Source of the DNA: Lytechinus pictus
Lineage: Eukaryota
Assembly (NCBI RefSeq): GCF_037042905.1
Contig: NC_087250.1
Location: 18,104,001-18,168,000, forward strand
Length of the DNA: 64,000 nt
Direction of reading: 5' to 3'
Shown: positions 23,901-36,491 of the stretch, piece after piece
Position numbering within the stretch: position 1 is the stretch's first letter
How the letters are laid out: each line of letters starts with the position of its first letter
Translations under genes and position numbers: made by a program
The notes under the pieces: model-generated
Database searches by the model: none
The model's input: the letters and a program-made list of their open reading frames with translations, nothing else
What the model was told of the DNA's origin: nothing

Positions 23901-26900
23901 TAATTATTGTTCATGCATTGAATGCAACTCTTGATAATCAACTTAGGGTCTGTATGTACATACTGTAGTGTTGCAAGGATGTGCTATGTAGATTCGAAGA
24001 TTGGGATGCTGGAAGTTGCTCATGGACAGAGGCTGTGATACTTCACAGGTGAACGGAACTCCATGAATATCGTTTGAAGACAGAGCAAAGTATTGAAGAT
24101 GACGTGTCGAGAAGGTAACTATGTCTTCTGAGATCTCAAAACCCTTCGACGATTCAGGAAGCAAAGTCCTATAACCAAATTCTCCTAGAATATTTAACGA
24201 TAGACGAGAAAATACTTGGCGTTCAAGCCAGTGTATTGTGTTGGAAACAACGTTAACTAATACATTTACGTTATTTACCTCATACATTATTTTAAGTTGC
24301 TATACATTTCACCATCTGTTCTGGCGTATCTGGTGTACAAAAAAAAAGAGAAAATGCGGCTAAATATAAATTTGCAAAATTACATATCAACGCCACGAAG
24401 CCAACAAAGCACACAAGAGAACCAAATTCATATTACATATACTATATCCTATATTACCTGGTTCTATTTTGCTATAAAGCTTCACACGCAAGTCTTGCTT
24501 CTTCTGCTGGTATCGATCTGGAGCAATGTAGTGTGGAAGCACTATAGTTGCAGGTTTGAGAAGATGATGGTTGAAGGAACATCGGATGGGTGGTGTTATA
24601 AGAACCTCCTCAGGATCCAGAGGAAACTTAGATGGACTTCGACTGAGTATAGTGAGAGTAACAAGTGATCTCATTCCTTTGGGGATCGCTCCTGAAGGAA
24701 TGGATACCCTAATATCAGGTTCGTCCATCCTCAGCTCTCCACCCTCATGATCAATGAGGCCATGTGTGAACGGATCTAAGAAACCCGGGTGATGTGGCAT
24801 TGCTGTATTTGGGAAGTAAAAGAAAATCCGATCAGGAAATAATAATGATAATAACAGACATTTGTATAGCGCCATCTATCTAGAAACAATGTATTCCGAG
24901 GCGCAATGATATTATTACTTTTACCCCAGCTTTAGCTCGAGCTGCCTTTCAGCGCTCGTGCATTCAAGGAATTAATCCTGCTGGGTACCCATTCACCTCA
25001 CCTGGGTTGATTGCAGCACAGTGTGGATAAATTTCTTGCTGAGGGAAAACGCGCCATTACTATGATTCGAACCCACGACCCTCTGTTTGAAAGGCGAGAG
25101 TCAGAACCACCAGACCACGTCGCGCCCATTTTAGAAATATATAGTGTGGGTGTTTAAAAAAAATATTTGAGTGTGTTTTTTATTCAATGATAACAAAAGG
25201 AAAAACCTTTCATTGTGTCTTTTTATTCAATTATTAAATCTGAAAAACGAGAGAGAGAGAGAGAGATCTGGCTAGGATAAGACGAAGCATGTCTCCTTTA
25301 TTTTATTGCACAAATAGAAGCATTATATACTTATGGCACAATTATTTACTTTCAAATGTAATTAATAATATGAATAAAGGCACATGTTCGTTTGGCCTTC
25401 GATGTTTATTGTTAGATTTATTGTACAAGGATGGCTACTACATAATACCAGGGACTCAGTTTTGAGGGGAGTGAGAGTGGTCACTTGCTACTGCTCTCCT
25501 TAAACCATTGTGGTAGAGCGATTTATCACTCGCCTCAGCAATTGTTTAAAGAGTGTCAGTCAATGATCAAACTGTTAGAGGCAACCTTGAAAACCTCATT
25601 CTCTTTCAAGGTTTTGTAAATAACACACAATTATATTGTAAGCAATAACATACTTGCAAGAATGACATTAAAAATTTCAATGAGATAAATATTGCATAGA
25701 TCTATTTCTGATTGTTTGTCTCCTTTGGTTGTGTTTTGTAACTTAATGAACGTTCCTCCATCCATTTTTAAATCGGACAAGAGAGTTCCCTTTGTATGTC
25801 AAAGACTTTTTTGTAGTGCTCCCTTAAGATTAAGAGAGTTGTTCATTGCTCCCTCATAATTATAAAACCGAGTCAATGTAATACGCAGAATAAATCAGCA
25901 AAAATATGATAGGTCTATGCGACAAAAGGCACACACATTTCAAAAAAGAAAATACACTTGATTTAATTATGTCCCATGAATATACAAGCCTACCTCTGGC
26001 TATATGTTCTGCAGCATCATTGAAATTAAAAGCTTGAACGATTTCAAGCAACCTCAGCCTTGTTCCTCCTTGTTTGACCCATCTCTGAAGCATGTGTAGA
26101 ATCACCTGACGTATCAAGGCAGGTTCAAAGGTCAAAGATGAAGCCATCACCTGAGGAATTTCAGAAGCTGGTAGATCTAGCCGTTGGGAGAGGTCAATAA
26201 GGTCTGGAGATGTACGAATCTTGACAGAGATTTCATCAATACCTTTATATTGGAGGACATAATCACATAAATTTACAGTGAATCAGGTCGGTGACACAAC
26301 ATTTTCCCGGCGACAATTGCTCCGGGCTTTATTTCGTTTAAGATAACTGATATGGGGTTAGGGTTGCAAGGGTAGGCACTTTTGATGACAAAGTACAGCG
26401 AGGGGCGATGAAATGTCCAGCTCCTACGTCACTATCCATCCGACGGTTCGCCGATGAATATTCATTAGATCGTGGTCGTGTGCATGTGTGTTTGTACAAT
26501 ACCGAGTGTAAAGAACCAAAGAGAGTTTTCAAATGGTGTGTGTGAATAAAACAACGTAGGAGTTTATAGTGTAGAAAATAAATGTGTTTGATGAAGTTTT
26601 TACGAAAGAGGAAATAATATAAATATGGAGGACAATGGAAGATGAGGTGAGGCAAGTACAGTACTATGTTTTTTTTTTTTTTTTTCAAAAGTATTAATAT
26701 ATAATACAAATATATATGAAGGACAATGTAAGATGAGATGAGGCAAGTGTACAGTGAGGCTTTAACAAAGAATGTGTAGAGGACAATGTGAGATGAGCTA
26801 AGGCAAGTGTGCAGTGAGATTTTTTTTCAAAAGAGGAGATAATACAAATATATTATGGAGGACAATGTAAGATGAGGTGAGGCAAGTGTACAGTGAGGTT

Positions 26901-29900
26901 TTTTAAAAGAGGAGATAATACAAATATATATGGAGGACAATGTAAGGTGAGATGAGGCAAGTGTGCAGTGATGTTTTTTCAAAAGAGGAGATGATATGTG
27001 GAGGACAATGTAAGATGAGATGAGGCAGGTATACAGTGAGGTTTTTTTTAAAAGAGGAAATAATACAAATATATTATGGAGAACAATGTAAGATGAGGTG
27101 AGGCAAGTGTGCAGTGAGTTTTTTTCAAAATAGGAGATAATACAAATATATATGGAGGACAATGTAAGACGAGATGAGGAAAGTGTACGGTGAGGTTTTA
27201 TCAAAAAAGTATAGTGATAAAATATATGTAGAGGACAATGTAAGATGAGCTGAGGCAAGTGTGCAGTGAGGTTTTTTCAAAAGAGGAGATAATACAAATA
27301 TATATGGAGGACAATGAGGCAAGTGTGCAGTGAAGTTTTTTCAAAGATTGTATAATGATAAAATACATGTAGAGGACAATGTAAGATGAGATGAGGCAAG
27401 TGTACAGTGAGGTTTTTTCGAAAGAATGTATAATAATGAAATATATGTAGAGGACAATGTAAAATGAGATGAGGCAAGTGTTCAGTGAGGTTTTTTCAAA
27501 AGAGGAGATAATATATATGGACGACAATGTAAGATGAGCTGAGGCAAGTGTGCAGTGAGGTTTTTTTCAAAAGAGGAGATAATACAAATATATATGGAGG
27601 ACAATGTAGGATGAGATGAGGCAAGTGTGCAGTGAGGTTTTCTTCAAAGATTGTACAATGTTAAATACATGTAGAGGACAACGTAAGATGAGATGAGGCA
27701 AGTGTGCAGTGAGGTTTTATCCGATTTTGATGAATTTTTCAGTGTCATGCTTTTTGGATTTTTCTTTTTTAATTCAAATCCACATTTTGCTTGGGTGGAC
27801 TTGACCTTTAAGAAAAAATGTAATGAAAATAGGCTCATGTGGAGGTGAGGCAAGTCTCAAATCATATGGATTGATTGGGGGCCATTTTTTTGGGAGTGAA
27901 CTTAACATCTCAAGTGCTTTGAACCTCCTGCTTGCATGAATGAATTTTGAACCTTTCCACTCCCAAAATAGATAAAATCTCTTCCCAAAAGATGCAAATC
28001 TTATAGAAATAATTGTTCTGTCTTTTTAAAAGCAGAATATGCAAAGCAATTGTCTTAATATTTTTCTTAGTCGTGTTTTACCCGAGTCAGCAGGAAATCT
28101 GTGGTCCCCCAAAAATAAAACTATTTTTTCTTAGTCATGTTTCACCCAAGTCAGCAGGAAAACTGTTGTCCCAGAAAAAATGACCGAGGCAAATTTACGT
28201 GGGCTGGTTCAAATCTAAGTGTTGATTTTGAAAAAAATCAAAAAAATAATATCTTGTCAGTTCATATTAAATACTCATTTTGTCGATAGGAGTCCATTCA
28301 AGGTCAATAATCATAACTGATATTAAGTGGAAAGGCTATATCTTTTCCTTGCTGATCTAGCATGTCATGATCTTTACCTCTGTCATTTTTGCCTCTGCCA
28401 TTTTTACCTTTGCCATTATTACCTCTGCCATTTTTACCCGACACCATGAAATTGAATACCAGCCCTGAACCTTATCATCATTACCATCGATCACTTTCAT
28501 ATATACCTCACATCACTTACATCATCACAAACTTCAACTCTCACACTTTGAGTCAATCAACTTAACACTACCATGCTTGATTAATAATTTTCTGTTGTAA
28601 CGGGACGCACACATTATTACTACACCAAACTGTGAGAGGACAACAGCACTTGAGTTATAACATTATGCCAAAATACCACTTATTCTTGGATTGATTATAT
28701 TGATCAAATTGAAATATATATGACATACTGTTGCACAAGTGGAAGCTATGTTGTCATAATAAGAATAATAATAATAAAAGTCAGAGTATATAATTAGCCA
28801 TAGTAGATTTGATTGACTTATACTTCAGGTTTATGTAGCTATACATATTTCAAGTAATTGGTTTTCTTTCTGGGGGGTGGTGGGGGGGGGTGTCCTCAGT
28901 AGTAGTTGATACCTGCTGTGTGTTTGACCAACTTTAATTGGTAAGCATACATTGACTTAATTTGTAAAAGATAAAGTATATAGAGTATAGACCATGCACA
29001 TGTACAGAAATGAAGTTAAAAATATATTTAAAAAAAAACAACAACAAACAGTGTAAATGCATAACAGGTAATACAACCTATTTGAACAAAAGAACTTTCA
29101 CAATTTGCAAGCACTACATTTGACAGTAAGCTGAATCAAATAGTAGAATCTGATATTGGACGGAAAGAGATTAGATGTCATAACGCTTGAAAGACAATCT
29201 ATTTATATGTAATTAATGGTAACTACAGGATCACTAAGTTTTTCTACATCACGGCTTTATATATTGTTGATTTATCAAGTTTTGTAAGTAGGCCTACTGT
29301 TACAATATTAGTTGCATGGTTGATGCAAGGTTAGTGGTTGTTGTGATTAAATGAAATCTATAAGAGTTAGATAACAAAATAAATACAAGAAAAAAAACCA
29401 ACAGCTAGGCAACTTAAAAAAAAAAAAAATCATACAATATGTTTTTTTTTTCTCATAAAAACTAAATGTGACCAGCCACCCAGAATCAACAATAAGTTGC
29501 CATGGAAAGTTTTTAGTAAATAAGCACAATAGTATTTAATAAAATTAAAAAAATATATTAAAATTTAGTTAATCTAAAAGAGTAATTATTTTTCTTTATA
29601 CTGCGAAAATTTAAGGTTGTAAAAGTTGAAGAGAAAAATACAAGAGTTTCTTTGAAAACCATTGCTTAATAGTTTAAGGTTGCATATTACCCAACTCACA
29701 ATTGAGTGAACCCCAAATATCGAACCTTGTTTTCTCCCAATTCGTTGAAGCTCTCACCAAATTTCCTGCATTCAATCAAGTACTTAAGAGGGACATTATT
29801 GACCTCAATTGATATATCATTTTGAAGCCCATGATATGAATGAAAATCTTCAAATTAATATATGGCATTTATTGTTAGTTTTAGGGTGGCTAGAGACATA

Positions 29901-30200
29901 TAGCTTGTCAATTGCATAAAAAGATCTTTTTTTTTACAAGTGACCCCAATTTTTCTCAAGTTTTACTTCACTTTATAAACTGACCAAGCCATGGTCCTTT
30001 GAGAAAATAAGACTGTCAAAATAATAAGAAATCAGAGAAAAAATTTCAGGAAGGTCCAACACATATTTCATGGTATTGCCGAAATGCCCAAATATATATT
30101 TTTATCTGCCAAAAAAAGCATGTTACAATTAACATGTTTTTTTTTTTACTGGCAAGTATTATACTAGCAGGACATGATAATAAAAAGAAACTGAAGAATA

Positions 30201-30252
<52 letters not shown>

Positions 30253-33200
30253 ACAATAGTATAAATAACGTGTGTTTACAAATGATAGTGGCAGGATCAA
30301 TAAAATAATAAAAAATCATACTAGTGTATGATGTTGGCAAGTACTGTTATAATAGTAGAAGTAGTGTTCCTAGTAGTCAAAACATGACCAAAGTTTAATG
30401 TGTGATAACAGATGCATGTTAACAACGTTTCTGCACCTTCTCCTAAGACTGTTGTATAGGCAGCAAAATGGTTGCAAATTTTGTCTAAAATGGTATGAGG
30501 ACAATCAACAAAAAACAAAATACCAAATAAAACACTATACACTAATAGCACAGAATCTTGCATCAAATAGTTGTCACAGAATAATGATCAGCCATAAAAC
30601 TGATTAATGCTAACAAATAATGAATTATCATATACAAAGTTGACACTTGCATGATCTAATATTAGTAAGTATCGTAAGAGCAATAACTTGAATCGATACA
30701 ATTAGAAACCTTTAGACTAACTAGGTGGATTCTCTACTAAATGTACATGTGGTCAAAATGTACGGCACTGCCTTTGCTAGAATATATCAAATGTTTACAC
30801 AGTTAACATGACTTAGCTGACAATTAACCTTTTGAAGAAAAAAATATTCTTCAATAACAAATGAGGCAATTTCTAAATTGATCCCTTTAAATAGTTCAGA
30901 AGAAAGATATATTAACAGTTATCAGTCTGATCGTAAGTCCCTATCACTTTCCTCACCTCATTTTACATTGTCCTCCATATATATTTGTATTATCTCCTCT
31001 TTTGAAAAAACCTCACTGCACACTTGCCTCAGCTCATCCTACATTGTCCTCTACATATATTTTATCATTACACATTTTTTTGATAAAACCTCACCGTACA
31101 CTTGCCTCATCTCATCTTACATTGTCCTCCATATATATTTGTATTATCTCCTCTTTGGAAAAAAAAACCTTATCGTACACTTTCCTCACCTCATCTTACA
31201 TTGTCCTTCATCATACAGTTTATACTTCTCATTCTCTGTTTAAATAAGCCCCTACGTAATTTATATACACACACCATTTGAAAACCCTCTTTGGTTATTT
31301 ACACTCGGTATTGTACACACACACATGCACCCTACCACGATCTAATGAATATTCATCGGCGAACCGTCGGATTGATAGTGACGTAGGAGCTGGATCAAAA
31401 GTGCCTACCGGTTGGAAGGGTGTTTTATGTTAGTTTAGGGTTAGGTATAGGATATGGTATAGTGTGAAATACAGGGTTGAAGTTGGCCATTCCATTAGTA
31501 TGTGAAATTTATAGTGGAGCAATTAGCAATTGTAATGGAACCATGAGGACACATGTTTCCCTTTTGTCAATATATAAACTGGGTTAAGAAACTTATCAAA
31601 CTTCACAAGCGCACTTTATTAATTCCACTTGGTCAAAAAGAACTAAATTTTGACACAAGATAGCTTCAATAATCCTTAATGAACACAATATGGCAATAAT
31701 TAAGAGATTGGTTTGATTGCAAAGAGGCTGTAGCCCCTCATATCAATTGGTTCCGGAACCCAGAGTCACAAAATGGCAACTTGAGAGAGACCAATGAAAA
31801 TGAGATTGGATTAAACCTACCAGTTTATTGACGTTCATATTACCATCGACATATTTAATTGATTGCCTCAGTAACTAAGGAGTTTACAGGATGCTAGGAT
31901 GAAGATTTTAAACACACGTATTGAGTTTATAGAAGCATAATGCATGAATAGACTCAACAGCAGTCAAACAAAGAATGAACATTTCGTTAAGACTGAAATT
32001 GAGACTTTTGTGACTTTGGATTCCGGAACCAATTGTTTTTAGGGACTACAGCTTCTTTGTTATTAAACTAATCTCTCAATTTTTGAGATGTGGTTATTGA
32101 AGATTATTGAAGCTATAGCCTGTGTCAAATTTTGTTCATTTTGACTGAGTGGAATTTGTGTAGTGCGCTTGTGAATTTTGATTAGTTTATTTTAGAACCA
32201 ATTTTATATACAAAAACATTTTTTGGGGGTTAATATTTTATCAAACTGTCCCTTTTCATTCCAACCAATTTGTTTATAAAACTTGTTATACACAATACCA
32301 AGTGCGATTAAAAGATCAACTTGTGATCAAACCTGGTGGAGCGGCTTCGATGTTGTATCCTAGAAGAAGCGTAGACATCTTCTCTTCCTTCTCCTGTCTT
32401 CCTAAACGTCTACACCATTGATGCAAGAGTTTCCATGCTAGTCTCACCATTAATGCAGGGTCGTGAGGAGCAATGAGAGATATGATGTCATTCACGTCCA
32501 AGCGAAGAGCGTTAGCTACTTGTAAGGCCAACGTAACATTCGCCACTGGACGAACAACTGCACAAAGTTCTGAATTACCAGGTGAACCTCCATACTCGTC
32601 GAAGTCTCCAACAATGTCATCTTGGTCTACGATTTAATAATATATGGTTGGGTGAATGTTATTAGAAATTTCAATAAAGATACAACGTGGTGCAATGTTT
32701 GTCTCTTGGTTTTGGTTCTATCGAAAACGCGTCTGATACATATATACTTTTTGATTCGTTACTATGGCTTCTTTCCTCTTTTTTTTTCTATTAGCCTCCC
32801 CCTCTCTCTCTCCATCCCTCTTCATCCACACCCTCGCTTATCATTCATTCCTACCTGACTCTGAGTATTCGATGATTTTCCAATCTTCATTCTCTTCATC
32901 TTCATCCTCTTCTGGTTCTTGAGGTGATGGGTCGGGATTCACGTCCGGGTAAAGAGGGGTCACATCATCACTGTTCTCATCATCTGTATGATATGATTTA
33001 TAGCCAGAGGTCAGTATTCTGAAGTCGGGTTAAACTTAAACTCGGGTTTAAAGTTATGGTTTAAGTATGGATAGCCAATTGTTACATGAATCACTAACAG
33101 TAGAAATATCATATTCTAGCTCATTTGGCTCTCAAATCATTCATAGTTGTCTAGAAGTGTAAAATTGGTAAATAGATGATTGTCTTCACCATCGATGAAT

Positions 33201-36200
33201 CAGGAAAAAGCACAGTAAACATAAGAAACATACAACTTAATAAAAATGTTGACACTTTTGGCTTCCCATGCTTTTAGCACAGAGTTAGACCATGCATGGT
33301 CTTAGTTAAACCTGACTTCGGAAAACGGGCCAGAGGGTTTTGTTGCATTTAAACAAAAATCTTACCTGATAATAACCATTGAAACTCACCACTTTTGCCG
33401 TAATAGTAATAGTTGGGTGTGTTTGCACAGCCCTCCCCTAAATATTTAAATTTTCATCACATGTGCAGGTAATATAATTTTTTATAACCTTAATTTTTGA
33501 CGATGCCAATTTTGACCAAATTCTACTTCTTTGGTCAACCATTCCTGTCGACGAGAACGAAATATATAACAAGTTGACAACGAAAGTAAAGCCCAAACCA
33601 ACCTTCAAAGCTTTTATCGGCTTGCCTTTCAATTAGGATGCGTGTTTTTTTTTTCTTAAAAGCACCTAACAACTTTTAAATGTATAAATTAGGCTGTGAT
33701 TTTTCTCATTATGCTGTAAAACAGGATCGTGCAAATGAACCTTTTTATTTAAAAGTTCTAGTTTAGTAGTCGATTTCAGTTCAGTAACGTATCAAAATGC
33801 GTTACTGAACTGAAATCGAGTTCTGAACTATAACTTGTCGCCACATTTTTCGTTTTGTGTGCATTTCCTTTTCATTAGATAATTCTAAATACCATTTACG
33901 TCCGTCACTTTGGAAGCCTCATTTAAAGATTCCCAGACGGTCATCAATTTCTCATCCGGTTTATCTGATGATATTTGAGATGCTTTCCACAACGAGAGCA
34001 TTTGAATGTTAGCATCCTTTCTATTGTACAGGGATCGATGCTCGATGTGATGTAACTCTATCTCGTCAAATCCCAGCTGCCTGCCAATCTCATAGAATTT
34101 CTCTTTTATAATGTGACGGGAAAATTGTAATAGCGTGCAGTCGGAAATCTCTCTGTATCATTGGATTGAAATCATGAAATTTACTATCAGCAATTCATAT
34201 CATTAAAAAGTGACATAACATATAATAACTTATAATAAACAATTTTTTTAGAAAACTGACAAGTTTGCGTTATTATAATATAAAAGGCAAATAAAAGTTT
34301 TAACTATATAATTTACTTTAATCCTCCATGTTTTCAGTAGAGCAAAAATAGTCACACTATCATCTATGAAGTTGCTGTTGTTTCTTTTTTCATTTGTCTA
34401 CAATATAATGCTTTGCATATACTGAAGAGACTTACTCAGTCGGGTCAATATCTTGATGGACGTAGCCGAATCCGAGGTGAGAGCAATGTTAAGAGAAAAA
34501 TAAATTTATTGAAGAAAAATCACTGATAAACATAATTATTAGTACGCTGCCTAAATGTCAGCAGGTATGTTGTTTCTCATGCAAATCTTTTTGATCTTAA
34601 GATACAAACGAGATAAGGAATTTTGGCATGTAATTATACAAGAGTTACAGTAGTACCACTTAAGAAAAATTTCCAAATACCCGTACTGTCAAATTTTCTA
34701 GCATGAATCTTGAAGTATTTTTCTGAAACTAGTAAAAAAAATCATTACTCAACCCTTTACCGACGATGAAAAACTAGACTAAATTTATAATTTTATCCAC
34801 AAACAAAAATAAAGGATAACGCTTTTTAATTTGAATGGTAATGTCAACTATTTTTTTTGTGATAAAGAAAAAATAAACTAATGCTTGCAAAATATGTACT
34901 GTTATTAAAAGAAATTGTCAAATATCCGTACTCTCCATTTTATAGCAATATTTCCGATTTCTTACAAACGAAGATGCAGTTACATCATGCAGCTGAAAGT
35001 AATTATTCTGAAACTAGTAACACAAATAATTCTTATCAATCTATTTAGACATGTTGGATACGACAGGCATCATAAAAACAAATAATGAAACCGAAGTAAA
35101 ACCAACAAACACTAACTCAAACCTGGGAAGGTTGTATCATTTGAAGATGAGTTGAATGATTCTATAATTGTGATGAGAGTATTCTTTGCTGCTTGGTTAC
35201 ATGCTTGTCTCCCCCTCCATGCCAGTAGCATGTCATAGGTAGCTTGCTGCCTATCTCCGAATCTCCTGTACTCTATCCGATCCAACTCAGCTATGGTGAA
35301 ACCAAGAGCTATGCCCAAATCATAGAACTGATTTACATCCATTGTCTGAGCTATTGTTAGGATGTCTATGTCCGATTGTAGGTTACTGTTCTTTACTTCT
35401 TCTAGTGTCCTGGAAGATATATTGAAATAAAAAAAGGCATGGCTGAAATATCAAAGAACTGCTGTTTAATGATTATTAAAGGAATATAAACTACACTATT
35501 TTAAAAACTGTTTTACCTTGATATATCACATCTACATCCATGGCGTGGCAAAGTAATTTAAAAGCCTTCGTTGAAACGTTGCCGTTGTGAGAACCTGACT
35601 GATAGTTCACGATCATAATTATTATTGATGTCTTCATCCGTCCTATCGAGTCAACAAGCATATTACCCGAAATGAAATAAATCTTTTTTGTTTGTTTTCT
35701 AAACAAATATTTTGAGCTTCCTCGAAAAAGAAAAACACGTTAACCGATGGAAACTTACCTAGTGACGTCTGTTTGTTTGGAGGGAAATTGGCATACAGGT
35801 CCATCTAACACAGAGAGAAAATGAAGAGAGAATTGGACATTAAACGAACATTCCACTGTGTTTTTTTTTACAATAATAATACTTCTCCTCTTATTTCATA
35901 ATTTAAAAATTACCTTCGGCATTAACAGATCATATAAACTATGCTTATGATGTCAGCGATAGTGTCACAGGATGTATACGTACACCTCGTTATGATAAAT
36001 GGTTTAATACCGTTCATTTAGTTCAAGGAGCTGAATGACATCATGGACATGGCGGGTAATTCTTGAATCCATACCCCTATCCGAGTCTGTGGTGATTAAA
36101 ATAAGAAACACAACATTTCATCATTGAGTTATCAAACATGAAATTCTACCTGTATATCTGATGACAAAGGCAATAGATCGTGATATCCCAAGCTTCCCAG

Positions 36201-36459
36201 CCTGTGTAATTGTTATGGTAATCACTGCAAAGTTTAGATCGTCTTCACTGGGTGGAACGTATATCGATATACATTGGCTTATCTTGGCTAGAAGGTCCCT
36301 AAGAGAAACGATCTGTTGGGGGTGAAAATACAGCAGCAGAATAGAAATGCATAAACCGCCAAGAGGCTGTTCCGTTTGGGCAGGCCTTGATCCACCATCA
36401 AAAAAGGTACTATTTAAACGCAGGGGGGGGGGGGCTACTTAGATTTGGTTAGGATCAAT

Positions 36460-36491
<32 letters not shown>

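Larger units (their letters stand above)
26371..31409. mobile_element. 5.0-kb foldback/Mutator-like element with long TIRs that contain a minisatellite
   Basis: Termini GGTAGGCACTTTTGAT / ATCAAAAGTGCCTACC; 9-bp TSD GGTTGCAAG / GGTTGGAAG; no transposase seen. Confidence 0.82.

Noticed and set aside
26827-27853. Overlapping 65-143-aa ORFs (also 30878-31247)
   Set aside because: Translations of the ~75-bp minisatellite.
35986-36086. Extra exon DSDRGMDSRITRH..
   Set aside because: Would need a 63-nt intron and has no phase-compatible donor before a stop; 36150 splices in frame directly to 35804.
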